From: Octopus vulgaris
Lineage: Eukaryota
Direction: 5' to 3'
Length of the DNA stretch: 64,000 bases
Assembly (NCBI GenBank): GCA_951406725.2
Contig: OX597814.1
Span: 210,304,001 to 210,368,000 of the forward strand
In this document: one piece after another, positions 51,461-64,000 of the stretch
How positions within the stretch are numbered: the stretch's first letter is position 1
Layout of the letters: the number at the start of each line of letters is the position of its first letter
Notes under the pieces: generated by a model
Databases searched by the model: none
What the model was told of the DNA's origin: nothing
The model's input: the letters and a program-made list of their open reading frames with translations, nothing else
Program-made: the position numbers and the translations under genes

Positions 51461-52869
51461 AATAATCCTATAGTGAAATTCTCCATAATAACTATATGCC
51501 ACAAACCAACAATGTATAATAGTTAATTTAAATTCTGTAAAAACTTTTCAACATTATTAGTTACCTTCGTTTTTATCGAGACCAGAGGAGATTAAATATG
51601 TTTCCACCTGCGTTAAGATTCCGTTTTTATTATTTGATTGCAGATGTATTGAAAGGAATTCATTGCTTCCTAATATATATAATAATATTACCACATATCA
51701 TTTAACAGCGCCAGATATTACTCCTATTCCTTAAGGTTGCAATGTTTGGTTTCCTAATTTTATGTTACTTAATTATCTAATCTGTCAGTTATAAAGAATC
51801 CATGCGCTAAGGTATCTTATTATTTCAATGTACAGAAAATTTGCTTTAAATCACAAATTCAATGTTGAGTAAACTTTCAGTGTTGCATTTACTACAGCTT
51901 TAATTCCATTTATTTCATTTATTTCATCTGACAGCTACAGAACGCCGCTAAACACATTGACAGAATTCTCATATTAGGAACTATACTTGATTTAAACGAA
52001 TTTCCAATTTAATTTCCGTAGTGCGCCAGTGAAACGATTCCATTCTGTTATCTACTTATTCAACAAAGTATTTATACTAAACTATGTCATTAAATATGAT
52101 AATGCTATCGATTCTAGGATATTAAAGGATTCATATATTTTTTTCATTATTTTCAAGGTTGATAAAAAAATCTAATATGAATACTTATTTCCTAAAGATT
52201 CCAAAGTGTATACGAATACATCGATTATAAATAGATCATTAAAGAAAAATATGCGATGTTTTCCGTTCTCTCTAAACCAAAGTATAATATAATGGAGAGC
52301 AGTAAATTACTGTTGCATTATTACCAGAACGAATAGCACATTTCGTCACAGTATGAATTGATATCGTTACTAGTATCAAGTACAATGAACAACACTGAAT
52401 GTCTACGTGTATTTTCAAAACGTTGAACGTATTATTTATTTTTTTTTTTGTGATTTATATTTGGTAAATAATATCATTTAAAACTACATTTGGTATAGAC
52501 TGCTCTTAAATTTCTTCAGGAAAATAACAATATTATTGCACTATCGAGATTTAAAATAGGTTTAGTAACACAATTGAAGTAGAAATGTATGAAACTTCAT
52601 CTTACATTTGGCGTTGTAAAAGATTATTTCCAAAAGTATAGCACCCGCCAAATGAGAAGGAAAATGAGAAGGAAAATGCAATATTTTATATTTTCAAGCC
52701 GCTTTAAATATTCTATGCGGAGGATTTTCTTTAAAATTTAAACAATAGTTTACAACATATGTTCTAAAATGCTTGAAATCTCTTCTTTAATTAGTCGTGT
52801 GAACTTGCATGCATATAGATTTACATACATGCCGGATCACCCATAGACACACTCACACGCACACACACA

Positions 52870-53963
52870 CACGCACACATGGGTGCCTCATGAATTGGCC
52901 GAAAGCAACCGCAAATCCCGAGTTGACAGCTGCTCTTCTCTCCATTCTCGCGAAATCATTTCACCCTTGTATTTGATCTTGGAAAATGTATCTTCTATCA
53001 AAATGTTAAAGGTTATTAACTGTGGCTTTGTAAAGTGAAAAAGCATAGCCACAACCGAGAAGGGAACTTCATGGGTAAAAGGTTCTTCTCTCTATCTCGT
53101 GGAATTGCAAAGGAGTAATTGACTTTGAATTGTTACCACCTAATGCAACAATCAATGCTCAAGTCTACTGTCAGCAATCAGAGCGTTTGAACGAAGCTTT
53201 GAAGAAAAAATACCCGCGTTAGTGAATCGAAAAGGAATGATGTTTCATCAGAACAATGCGCGCTCTCACACTGCAAAGATCACATCACAGAAGACCGAAG
53301 AGCTGGGTTGCGAAAACTTCCCCATCCACCTTATTCTCCCGACCTTGCTCCATCAGACTACCATTTGTTTCGTAGTCTACAGAATCAATTGGGGGACATA
53401 AATTTCGTAAGCCGGGAGGAAGTCGAAACTGACATTTCAGAGGTCTTCGATTGAAACCAAAAGATTTTAAATTGATGTAATTAAAAAGCTTGTTAATAGG
53501 TGGAGTGAGGGCGCGTGGCTTAGTGGTTAGGGCATTCGGCTCATGATCGTAAGGTTGTGAGTTCGATTCCCGGCGACGCGTTGTGTCCTTGAGCAAGACA
53601 CTTTATTTCACGTTGCTCCAGTCCACTCAGCTGGCAAAAATGAGTTGTACTTGTATTTCAAAGGGTCAGCCTTGTCACTCTCTGTGTCACGCTGATTATC
53701 CCCGAGAACTACGTTAAGGGTACACGTGTCTGTGGAATGCTCAGCCATTTGCCCGTTAATTTCACGAGCAAGCTGTTCCGTTGATCGTATCAGCTGGGAC
53801 CCTCGACGTCGTAACCGGCGGAGTCTTTAAAAAAAAAAATAGGTGGAGGGCAATCATACATAATCAGAGAAAGTACATTGACGATTAAATTTCATTTAAG
53901 TATAGCATTTGATCACTTGTATTGTTTATTCAAAATTCGGACAGAACATATGGGATGACCTGA
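52870..53963 (+). mobile_element. Decayed mariner transposon (5'-truncated), SINE-interrupted
   Basis: WVPHEL (52870), MFHQNNARSHTA, PHPPYSPDLAPSDYHLFRSLQN; 3' TIR like that at 46470-46502, followed by TA. Confidence 0.92.
53506..53837 (+). mobile_element. tRNA SINE (head B + tail Z) inserted in mariner ORF
   Basis: Box A TGGCTTAGTGG, box B AGTTCGATTCCC, poly(A) end, 11-bp TSD AATAGGTGGAG (53495-53505, 53838-53848). Confidence 0.94.
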
Positions 53964-54233
53964 TATATTCTATTTAATAAACTATTTATTATCATTATTA
54001 AAAATGATAATAAACTGGCAAGCAAGTTTAACCTAAATATGCAAAATATACTAATAAATCAGGCTACCGAAAAACCAGCCTGCTAGAAATGGGAACCAAC
54101 ACTCGAAAGCCACAAATATTTCACAATTTTGATAGTTTCTATGAGTATGCGTGTATGTATGTAAATCTTCACTAATGCGTTTGCGCACGCCGAAGTGAAG
54201 AAGTAACTTGAAGCCTTTTAGAACCTACAGACA

Positions 54234-54276
<43 letters not shown>

Positions 54277-54547
54277 ACACACACATACACGTTTACGACC
54301 ACGAACAGGCGAAAATAAAAGCATTGAATTCATGCAGAACATAATTATCTTATTTGGCTCAAATTATTACCTTTTGACACGTGATTTTCCGCGTGTATGA
54401 ACGCTTCGTCAGCCGGCAGCTACGGCTGAACAAAACAATAACAGGTGTGTGGATAAGGTGTGCCAGTAGTGCTCATACAAACACTACACACACACACATA
54501 CAAACAAATACTTGTGTATGTGGATTTGTATGTATGTATATGTGTGA

Positions 54548-54598
<51 letters not shown>

Positions 54599-55547
54599 CA
54601 TACATATAAGTGTGTTTGCATAAGTGTGACTGTGCGTGTAATATCAAAAATAGTAATTTCTACTACAGGCAACACACTACGAGTTTGTGGGGCGGAAAGA
54701 ATTGTTTCAATCGACTTCCGTACTTCTGAAGAATCAAAGGCAATGCTGTACTAAGAGTTCTCTGAACTAAGATAACATAAACGACCGTAACTAAATACTG
54801 CAACTTATTTTGTCCAACGTTTTAATGATTTTACTGATGCGAACTCCGTATAATGATGATGTATGTTATTAACAATCATACAAATAATCAATTTAGCCTC
54901 TACACGGTTGTATGATCTCCTAGAAAGAACAGTCAAATGTTCTTTGAATTGCACCAAAACTATAGAGGACAACCTCATCCTTCATGCTCAGTGCGTGAGA
55001 AATATTGTATGGCGGCGGATTTAATACCTTACATAATAGATTTCATGCCACTGGGAGGATTAGCAGCTAAATAATAACAACGTATTTGGGAAAATAGGAG
55101 TAGAATACTAATACTTTTTACTGCCGATGTATATAAAAATATTTTTCAATTTCATGATTACTAAGAAAGAAACGCTCTCTTCGACTAAGACAATCATCTA
55201 TTATTTGACTTATATCGGTCCAAGACGTAACATATATTACAAGAGAGAATTCACTTGAAACAATTTCACTCGAAAACAATGCCTCTTTTTCCACCCCAAA
55301 TGACTCTCCTAGTGGAATTAGGAAGCCTGTGGGAGTTTCGTCATAGAGGAACCTGGCTGTACACCCTCAGCTTTACACACACGTACACACACATATTTGT
55401 CTATGAATTTAACTTTCTACACATCTATCTATCTACATATCCATATGTGTGTAGGTGTAATTGTGTGCGTATAAACACGCACAAATATCGATATGTGTAT
55501 ATATATATGTATACATACATACAGACAGACATACATAATTATATGCA

Positions 55548-55648
<101 letters not shown>

Positions 55649-55962
55649 AGGTCTATACATTTACATGGAAATAATCATTTGAGTATCATATCAATTTTAT
55701 TTATACTGTAGTAGAATATTTTGCTCTGTACCGCACTCATCGGAGACAAACGAAATTTGCCGTGGCAGTAACATGGCAAATTTGGACGTCTTTTGAAGAT
55801 TGTCTATAACTCCATATTGTGTAGGATTTTTTCCGCATGCCACAAAGAAATTCATGTCTCATATTTAAGAATCAGTGAATAATATATTTCCTAATATTTT
55901 GGGGCTGTAAAGCTCAATGAAACCAATTGAAACAGCATGAAATCAGAATAGCCATCCGTGCA

Positions 55963-56339
55963 TCTTTTACTTGTTTCAGTCATTTGACTGCGGCCATGCT
56001 GGAGCACCGCCTTTAGTCGAGCAAATCGACCCCAGGACTTACTTTTGCCGAACCGCTAAGTAACGGGGACATAAACACAACAGCATCGGTTGTCAAGCGA
56101 TGTTGGGGGTGGGGACAACACAGACACACAAACATATACACACACATATATATATATATACACATATACATATATACGACAGGATTCTTTCAGTTTCCGT
56201 CTACCAAATCCACTTACAAGGCATTGGTCGGCCCGGGGCTATAGCAGAAGACACTTGCCCAAGATGCCACGCAGTGGGACTGAACCCGGAACCATGTGGT
56301 TGGTTAGCAAGCTACTTACCTCACAGCCACTCCTGCGCC
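55963..56339 (-). mobile_element. CORE-type SINE with small internal deletion
   Basis: Reverse complement of 13628-14051 lacking ~35 bp near 56041. Confidence 0.92.
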
Positions 56340-56347
56340 ACTCCTAT

Positions 56348-56446
<99 letters not shown>

Positions 56447-57399
56447 GAGATACATTTTTTTTGAGAGAGGGAAAGAAAAGATATCTTCATAGATGCAGTT
56501 CTCAAAATATCAGTAAATGTATTATTCATATTTTTTTTATTATAACAAACATCAACGCCTGAAAGCGTATTCATTATTGCATTGACCTTGCAATTACTGT
56601 TTTAGTTTTATCAACAACTGACGGTGGATACATCACGAATTCGGACATCCATTTATTGATGTGCATGTATTCATGTGTGTGTGTGTGTGTGTTTGTGTGT
56701 GTGTTTGTATGTGTGCGCTTGCATTTGTATTAGTATACACGTATCTATATTCTTTGTTTTCTTCGATACAAGATAAAATCAAACTACTTTTACATTTAGT
56801 ACTCGATGAATATCCTGAACTGTAAAAGAAACGCGATTTTTTTTTTGAAACGTCATAATAATTCCTATTATCCGTAATTGTTTAGTACAAATTGCTATTT
56901 TGTGTTATCGTGTTTATGAAACATTTTGTTTTACTGCCTTGTGGCGGAACCGCGAACGTTTTCCCTCTCTGTTTGATGGTGGTACTTTTTCTGTGCGTTA
57001 ATATGATATGCTTAAGCATAAGTTGACTGATGTCGACATTTCTGAGGAAGAGGTGAATCAGTATGTACGAAGATTGAAAAAGATAACGACTTCAAAAGAC
57101 TCGGAATATATACACAAATATACTAACAAAAAAGCAAAAACAAAGAAATACTCGGATTACAGAGAAAAGGAATTTCAAAAAGTAATTAATTTTGCAACAT
57201 TAGCTGGTGTGACTAAAGAGGAGTTAACCATTAAGAAAAAATCAACTAGACAAATACAAGGGAATGTTACAAAATGAGGGGCACGAAATACAGTTGAACC
57301 TTCCCAGGAAAAAAACACACAACACTGTAAGAAAAACAGTAATCCTCAAACGTTTCCATTAAAAGACTAAAAGCTGGACATGGTAACAGAAGACCAAGC

Positions 57400-58903
57400 G
57401 GAGAAGTGTGTGAGGCCCTTCTGACAAGATATTGTATACTTTGCCAGGGACAAAAGATTCGCCACACAGGAGGTGCAGTTTAAGACTGAGGAAATAACTA
57501 GGCAACACTCGACGACCCCACTCAAAACGAATGAGTTGGTCCTCCCATCAACATTGGTAAGCGTATTTTCAAGATAAAGGTTGGAGAAATTATACCAGAG
57601 GACGACGTTGCTTAGCTCGTGGCCGCTATTGTTTTAAGCTTGGACGAGAATTTAACAATCCTGCAAGCAACGAAAATCAACCAACAAAACTGGCAGATCC
57701 AGGGTTTAGAAATGCTAATCCTCACTACTCCTGTAGACCTTGAGGATATTGCTGATACCATACTGGTGAGAGGGGAAGCAAAGTTGAGAGATATGGTGAA
57801 GGGATGAAAGCCGCGTGGCCAGAAAGGCAACATAAGAGCAGAGAGCCCTCCGCCTAAAACTCCACTGTTCTCACCAGTCGTGAAAGCAGCGGCACCTCCA
57901 ACCCCAACAACGCTGGCTGCTGAAGTTGTGAAAAAGGAGCACAGAAGAAAAGTATTCAATGAAAACAAAAGAGGCAGCGGAAAAATCGTCTGACAGTGAG
58001 TGAACGACAGTGTCAAAGAAAAAACAAAGAATCCCCATCATGCACCCTCATAAACTTGTCCTCACCTCCCGCATGAATACTGCTACCCACATTGTCCCCA
58101 CAGACACCAACACCTTGCTGCCAACCCAGACACTAATCCTATCACTTTTCTCACGGAAAATTTCACACAGGCAAGTACACATGGTACACAAAATCTCCCC
58201 TCCACCACAAAAATGCAGGTCTCTTTAAAGCATATAACGACATAAATTCAAAGCTAAAAACATTTGAACATCCTCCAAACAAGGTTAAATTCGTCTTCAT
58301 TAATCGAGGGCGGGATGCGGAATACCTTGAGGGACCGATCGCCGGAAATGGATGGTCCGCGCTACGAGCTATATTATAGTATGCTACACTTGTTTGGGCA
58401 CCTACTAGCAAGCGTCTACACCGATTGGGCAGTGGAATGGGTATATACCTAAATCTGTGAGCTAGGGGGTTGTAGTGCTACTAAGAAAGGATACAAACAA
58501 TGGGGATATAGTAGATAATTCTAAGCCCATCAATCTGCTTAACACAGAGTTGAGGATTTTAGCCAAGGTATTAGCAAAAAGGTTAGCGCATGTCATGTGT
58601 GGACTCGTCGGGAAGGCGCAAACTTGCGCCATTCCCGGTAGTTCCGTAGAGGATAATCTCCATCTTATACGCTATATCTTAGAGAGGGTTAATAGGATTC
58701 GTGGAAATGGTGGGGTTTTGGTCCATTTAGATCAATCTAAAGCTTTTGACAGGGTTGACTATCGGTATCTGGTGATTGTCCTCGCGGCGGTCGGATTCGA
58801 CTAGGTCTTCCGTGGGTGGATCATTGCTTTATATAGCAACATCGAGTCTTTCGTTTGAGGAAACGGTTTCTTCTCGAAACCGCCCTGCATTAAGCGTTCG
58901 GTA
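57400..58903 (+). mobile_element. Decayed Tx1/L1-clade LINE (possible ORF1 remnant plus RT fragment)
   Basis: SPEMDGPRYELY then VLLRKD..DNSKPINLLNTELRILAKVLAKRL...QTCAIPG..IEDNLHL-like...HLDQSKAFDRVD (58340-58804) are RT domains 0-3; the upstream ORF1-like part is weaker. Confidence 0.85.
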
Positions 58904-59201
58904 GGTGAAGTATTAAAAGTAAAACTCTCGAATGAGAAACCAATGAATAGTGAAATTCTTGAATCGCATTACTACAGATATGCTATTGCTTCACTTTTGT
59001 CATGTAATATCGAAACAATATAAGATACTGCTTCGGGCTCGCATTAGACAATAATTTGAACAGTGTTTTGGACTTTGGCGCTCTATGTACGCTAAGGAAG
59101 GTATGTGTAAAAATTTGAATGAAATCGGTTGGGTAGTTCTCACGTTTTAGGGATGCACACATACACACAGACAGACATATTCTCAGTTTTATAAATATAG
59201 A
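58903..59201 (-). mobile_element. Helitron 5'-terminal fragment
   Basis: Minus strand A|TCTATATTTATAAAACTGAGAATATGTCTGTCTGTGTG...CAACCGATTTCATTCAAATTTT, typical non-autonomous Helitron 5' end; truncates the LINE RT. Confidence 0.65.
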
Positions 59202-60009
59202 TTTACAGTGTGAGTTTGCATATACGAAACTATATTTTCAGAAAAGTAAATATGTCCTTGTCTAAAATGTAAGAGATGGAAATCATGTAATTTAATATAG
59301 AACTAGATAACAACAATAGGTTTGAGAATGTATGTCAGAATTAGTTCAATGTTATTTAAGTATTTCGATTTCTCTGGGTGATTTATTTTTGTATAATGCT
59401 CTTATATAAATATCACTAAAAAAATAACGATATATTAACTTTAAATCGGGACGGCCATCAAAATATAGTTCTACAAAATCTTTACTCGTCCGCTGAATGC
59501 CTACTCTAGACACGTATCCCTCGGAGGTCAAATTACGTGTCAAGTAGCATTTTATCTAGCTAAGAGTGATCGAAACTCGGGAATGTTATCAATAAGAAAC
59601 TAGAGTTCTATGAAAGGGTGCACAGTCGTTCTATTTAGATTAGCCTAAAACTTCGCATTGGCTTCGTTCTCCTGAGTTGATCACTGGCAACATAAATCTT
59701 ATCGAATCTGGAAAATGTTAATTAAATAGTATTCCATCAAACCATACCTTAATCGCTATCATACAAAATAAAACCGTAAAACTTGACTAAAATTTCAAAT
59801 TTCTGAGATTGTGTCATCTGAACGACGTTTCAGGAATATATGTGTCAACCTAGAACTTCAATCAATTTGAAAGTTATTTCAACAAATGCTATCATTTATT
59901 ATTCTGATTGAACTTTAGATACACCAGCTCACACAATGCTGCACGCTGTCATTCATCATTTACAGATACACACACATAGGCGCTCGCGCACTCACACACA
60001 GACACACAC

Positions 60010-60074
<65 letters not shown>

Positions 60075-61049
60075 AATATATAAGCGGTAAAAATGTTAAT
60101 CGAGCAAACAATAATTATATTATAGATTAAATTACGAACATGCCACGTGTAAAAGTGTCTTTTATTTAACGAGACATTCATTGAAGTGTTTCTTCAAATA
60201 TGGTAATTCGCGATTTACACTATATCATAAACAAGAATGAACATTAGAGGCAACCCTGGGAAATATTTATATTGTTCTTGTAACACATTAACAAAATTCA
60301 AGCTATTTAATACTTTTAATGATTTCCATTTCTCGTTTAATAGAGAAATTAATTTTTGAAAAAATGTTGATGTCTCTACTTGAAATTATATCAAAGGCAA
60401 TATTTGCAAATGCAAACTTTCATTTCGCGAAATGTGAATTTAAGCTTTAGCGTTGTGAAACCGTGTGTGAATGATTAAATTATGTTCTTCATGTAATTTA
60501 GCTTGAATAAACGTAGGGCAAGGGTAGCTTAGTGTTAAGTACATGCGTCTTGTTTATGATTCACCACATGGTAGTAGTTTAACTGTTATCCATTTCTTGT
60601 TGCTAGTTAAGGCCTTAGATAGTGTATTTATCGCAGTTTTTATTGACATCACTAAAAATTTAGGGATGAAATCGTCGTACGCAAGATTAATTTAGCGTTT
60701 AATCCAACCAAAGTCGGTACAATTAAACTCAATAAAATACAATATTATAAACAATCCATCATCACTATCATTTCGCCTTTAGCGACCTGTGCAAATTTAG
60801 CTTGTAAACAGTCTTTAAATTCTGAGAATATTCTGTATTCGAATTTGCTCCTTTATAGCGAGCATCATGTTTCGAGACACTGCTTTGAAACTTAAACAAC
60901 TGCATTGCGGAGAAATTATTTTAGTCATTTAAAAAAAGCAAAAACTTTCAAAGTATATTTTCAATTATATATTCATATGTCAAAAATTATAACGCACAAC
61001 TGCCAGATGATCAAGGATATTGTTTTACTGGAAATCTTTCAAAGTTCGT

Positions 61050-61372
61050 TAACAGCCAGTTGTTATATGCTGAAGCAGTCCTTTCATGTTTGTGACATTG
61101 ATTGTCGTGAGTGGTCCACTCTAACAGACGACCGCGTCGCTTGGCGCCATACCAACAGTGATGTTATTTTTGCCATTGGGATCCCGCGCAGTTGATCTCT
61201 TGAAGACAAATATGAGAGGCGAAAACGTAATGTTGCTGCATCAGTAGACCCTGAACAGCCATGCTCATGTCATCACTGCAATCCGATATCCCGATCCCGC
61301 ATCGGTTTTATCAGTCACGAATGGGCGTGCAGACGGCGTGGACAACAGTCTTCCTAATCTTCGTCAGCGAAG

Positions 61373-61375
<3 letters not shown>
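61050..61375 (+). mobile_element. RTE-clade LINE 3' end
   Basis: LKQSFHVCDIDCREWSTLTDDRVAWRH ... LEDKYERRKR ... CSCHHCNPISRSRIGFISHEWAC (C2H2-like finger), short 3' UTR TCTTCGTCAGCGAAG then (TA)n. Confidence 0.8.
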
Positions 61376-61405
<30 letters not shown>

Positions 61406-61678
61406 AAATAGCTGACGGTTAGTAAGGAGAGACACAAATGAGTGAGAAGAAAACAAAGGACTACTGATGCGTTCACAGGAGTGTGACGAAAGATCTCTGG
61501 CCGAAATTAAGATTAAGATTAATGTAAAAAATAAATAACACCGAAGCAAAATAACACCAAATATATAGTGCGTGTGTTTTTATTGGCTAAACTGGCTAAA
61601 TGACCATTCCGAAATATAACAATATCTGTTTCAACACACGACTTCACATAAAAAATCTTGCACAACAAATATATAAAC

Positions 61679-61794
<116 letters not shown>

Positions 61795-62016
61795 TATTCT
61801 TACACACAGACACATATTTGCATTACATATACAGGCGTGTTTACACAAATGCCTGTAAGTGAGGGATAATAAATATAATTTTCTCAGGGTGCTGCATCGA
61901 CATTATTCTAATCCGGATGCAAATTTGATATTATATTCGATTTGTTGAATGCATACCCATTTTTGAACCTATCTAGTTCTTGTTGGGTGAAATGAATATT
62001 TTGTCTTCCACTTCAG

Positions 62017-62081
62017 ATGTTAAAAGTGTTACCTGAATGCTTGGCGTGTACATCAACCGGTATTTTCAACGAAAATTTCAG
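62017..62081 (+). CDS. Candidate 65-bp spliced exon of unknown host transcript
   Basis: Acceptor TTTTGTCTTCCACTTCAG, donor CAG|GTAAGT, one open frame MLKVLPECLACTSTGIFNENF; no homology recognised. Confidence 0.4.
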
Positions 62082-62337
62082 GTAAGTTAGCAAATGTTGC
62101 TTCGATCCTCATTTGCGATATTTTCTTTTGCATTGTAGTCAATGTGTTGTACTGATCACAACTTCCATGATAATTCCCATATGTGTTATTCTAAAAAGCG
62201 TAAGACTTACACACTAATGTTTTAAGTAATCTACCTGATTCATTTCTATGACATTGACACTAGCTAATACGCTGTTAGTTGTCGAATACATACCCACATC
62301 ATACCCACCACAGTGTATAGATATGCATATATATATA

Positions 62338-62545
62338 TTCTTTTATTCTTTTATTCCTTCATTTGTGTCAGTGATTTGACTGCGGCCATGCCGGAGCACC
62401 GCCTTTACTAGAGAAAATCGACCGTAGGAATTGTCAGCCTAGTACTTGTTCTATCGTTATTTCTTGCCGAATCGCTAAGTGACGGGGACATAAACACTCC
62501 AGCATCAGTTGTCAATCCATGTTGTAGGGACAAACACAGATACAC
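62338..62545 (-). mobile_element. CORE-type SINE 3' half, running into expanded microsatellite
   Basis: GACTGCGGCCATGCCGGAGCACCGCC...GCCGAATCGCTAAGTGACGGGGACATAAACAC. Confidence 0.85.
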
Positions 62546-62622
62546 ACACATATACATACACACACACAAACACACACACACACACACATATATATATACA
62601 TATATTTATATATATACATAGG

Positions 62623-62686
<64 letters not shown>

Positions 62687-63866
62687 TGTACATATATATA
62701 CATATCTACATACACATGTATACATATATGTATATATACATACATATGTGTATATATATATATCCTGTCATAAATGACAGGTGAAATAGTTTGATGAAAT
62801 TTTATTTAGCTATAATAATATCTAACATCACAAAAACTGTTTCGTAACTTAAAAACATGCATTTTATATTATATTTCATGATTAAAAAATTACTTATGTA
62901 TGCGTATATATATGTGTGTGTGAGTATGTGTGTGTGTTTGCGTGTGTGTATGCTTGTGAGGGGTGGGGGTGCTTGTCTACAGACTTTTGTATCTAAGTTG
63001 CATTTATACATTCCTTTATGATTGAAACAGCGGCTGAAAATTGAACAGTCCATCTGACAAATGTTTGCGTCTCACTACTGAACGATATTAGCAGTGTGTG
63101 TTTGGTTTGTAAGTGTTCTTGGATAGTGGTCCTAGCAGTAGCAAAGCAGCTATAGATATGTCATTTGTACCCTATTGTATCTTTCTCCAGATTTGTTAAG
63201 CAGTTTATAACGTATTAAGCACCCTGATTCAAAATGTTACAAAATTGTGCAATAAAAGCCTTTTTGGATGTTCTATTGCTACACAGGAAATGCTTAGAAT
63301 ATTTATAGTCGCTAACAATAAGAGTATGTTATTTAACGGCGCCACGAAAATGAGCTTTCGAATACATAGTAATTTCAGAAACAGATGAAATATATAGTGA
63401 AGTGTTTACTAATACGTTCCGCTACATGAGTGCAGCTTCATCAAAAGACAAAACCTATTTGTAATACGCACACACATACGTACATGCATACAGATATACA
63501 TACATACATACATATGTGTGTATATAAAATCTCTTTTAGATATATCCAGTGATTTTGCTTCTTTTATCTATTTCTTAAGAACTTTTAAGACGGTCTTTCT
63601 TGTCAGGCTTAACTTATGATCAAAGTGAAATAATAAACTATTATTTCATTGATTTTTCATCCATATATTCTCACTAAGGAGTACGTGATCAAGCAAAATG
63701 AGAGTTTAAATTTGCTTAGTAAACAGATGCTGACTTGCCGGACGATGTATTGATTATTCGTCTCACACCATTACCCATTACTTCTCTCTTTTATATTGGT
63801 AGATGCCAACTATATAAAACTCTTAAACTATCAAAAGTGAATAGCTACTATTGATTGAATAAGGGC

Positions 63867-63870
<4 letters not shown>

Positions 63871-63950
<80 letters not shown>
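63871..63950. repeat. (TA)n; similar tracts at 18437-18512, 32968-33074, 45438-45502, 55587-55644, 56356-56442, 61684-61791
   Basis: Direct reading. Confidence 0.95.
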
Positions 63951-63953
<3 letters not shown>

Positions 63954-64000
63954 GAAATACACAGAGAAAAGGAATGCTCTAATAAGCACAGCGTACAGAC

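Noticed and set aside
55753-55783. 12-bp hairpin AAATTTGCCGTG/CATGGCAAATTT as miRNA or terminator
   Set aside because: Too short for a pre-miRNA; probably a remnant of a DNA element or chance.
58475-58804. Functional reverse transcriptase gene
   Set aside because: Flanked by stops and frameshifts, truncated before the catalytic YADD motif; a dead LINE fragment.

Overview
AT-rich, repeat-saturated animal genomic DNA. Dense (TA)n/(CA)n/(TATG)n/(TAA)n microsatellites and the tRNA-derived SINE families look like an octopus (coleoid cephalopod) genome; this is recognition from memory, not a database result. No intact protein-coding gene is evident, and nearly all listed ORFs are microsatellite or SINE artefacts. 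One 65-bp candidate exon lies at 62017-62081. Recognisable content: about 25 SINE copies or fragments from several families (many with target-site duplications); decayed Penelope-like RT, R4/Dong-type LINE, Tx1/L1 LINE and RTE LINE fragments; two mariner remnants; three Helitron pieces; and a probable hAT-like MITE. Most interesting: (i) a tRNA-headed SINE-like element carrying a minimal type I hammerhead ribozyme motif (16453-18057, with an inverted partner copy at 18149-18337), interrupted by two tandem copies of a ~540-bp (TAA)n-targeting element; (ii) a second hammerhead-like family (49498-49538) next to a 664-bp fold-back palindrome centred on (TA)n; (iii) a full 2x2 head/tail shuffling among SINE families; (iv) several microhomology-templated local rearrangements. 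Coordinates were read by eye and may be off by a few bases.
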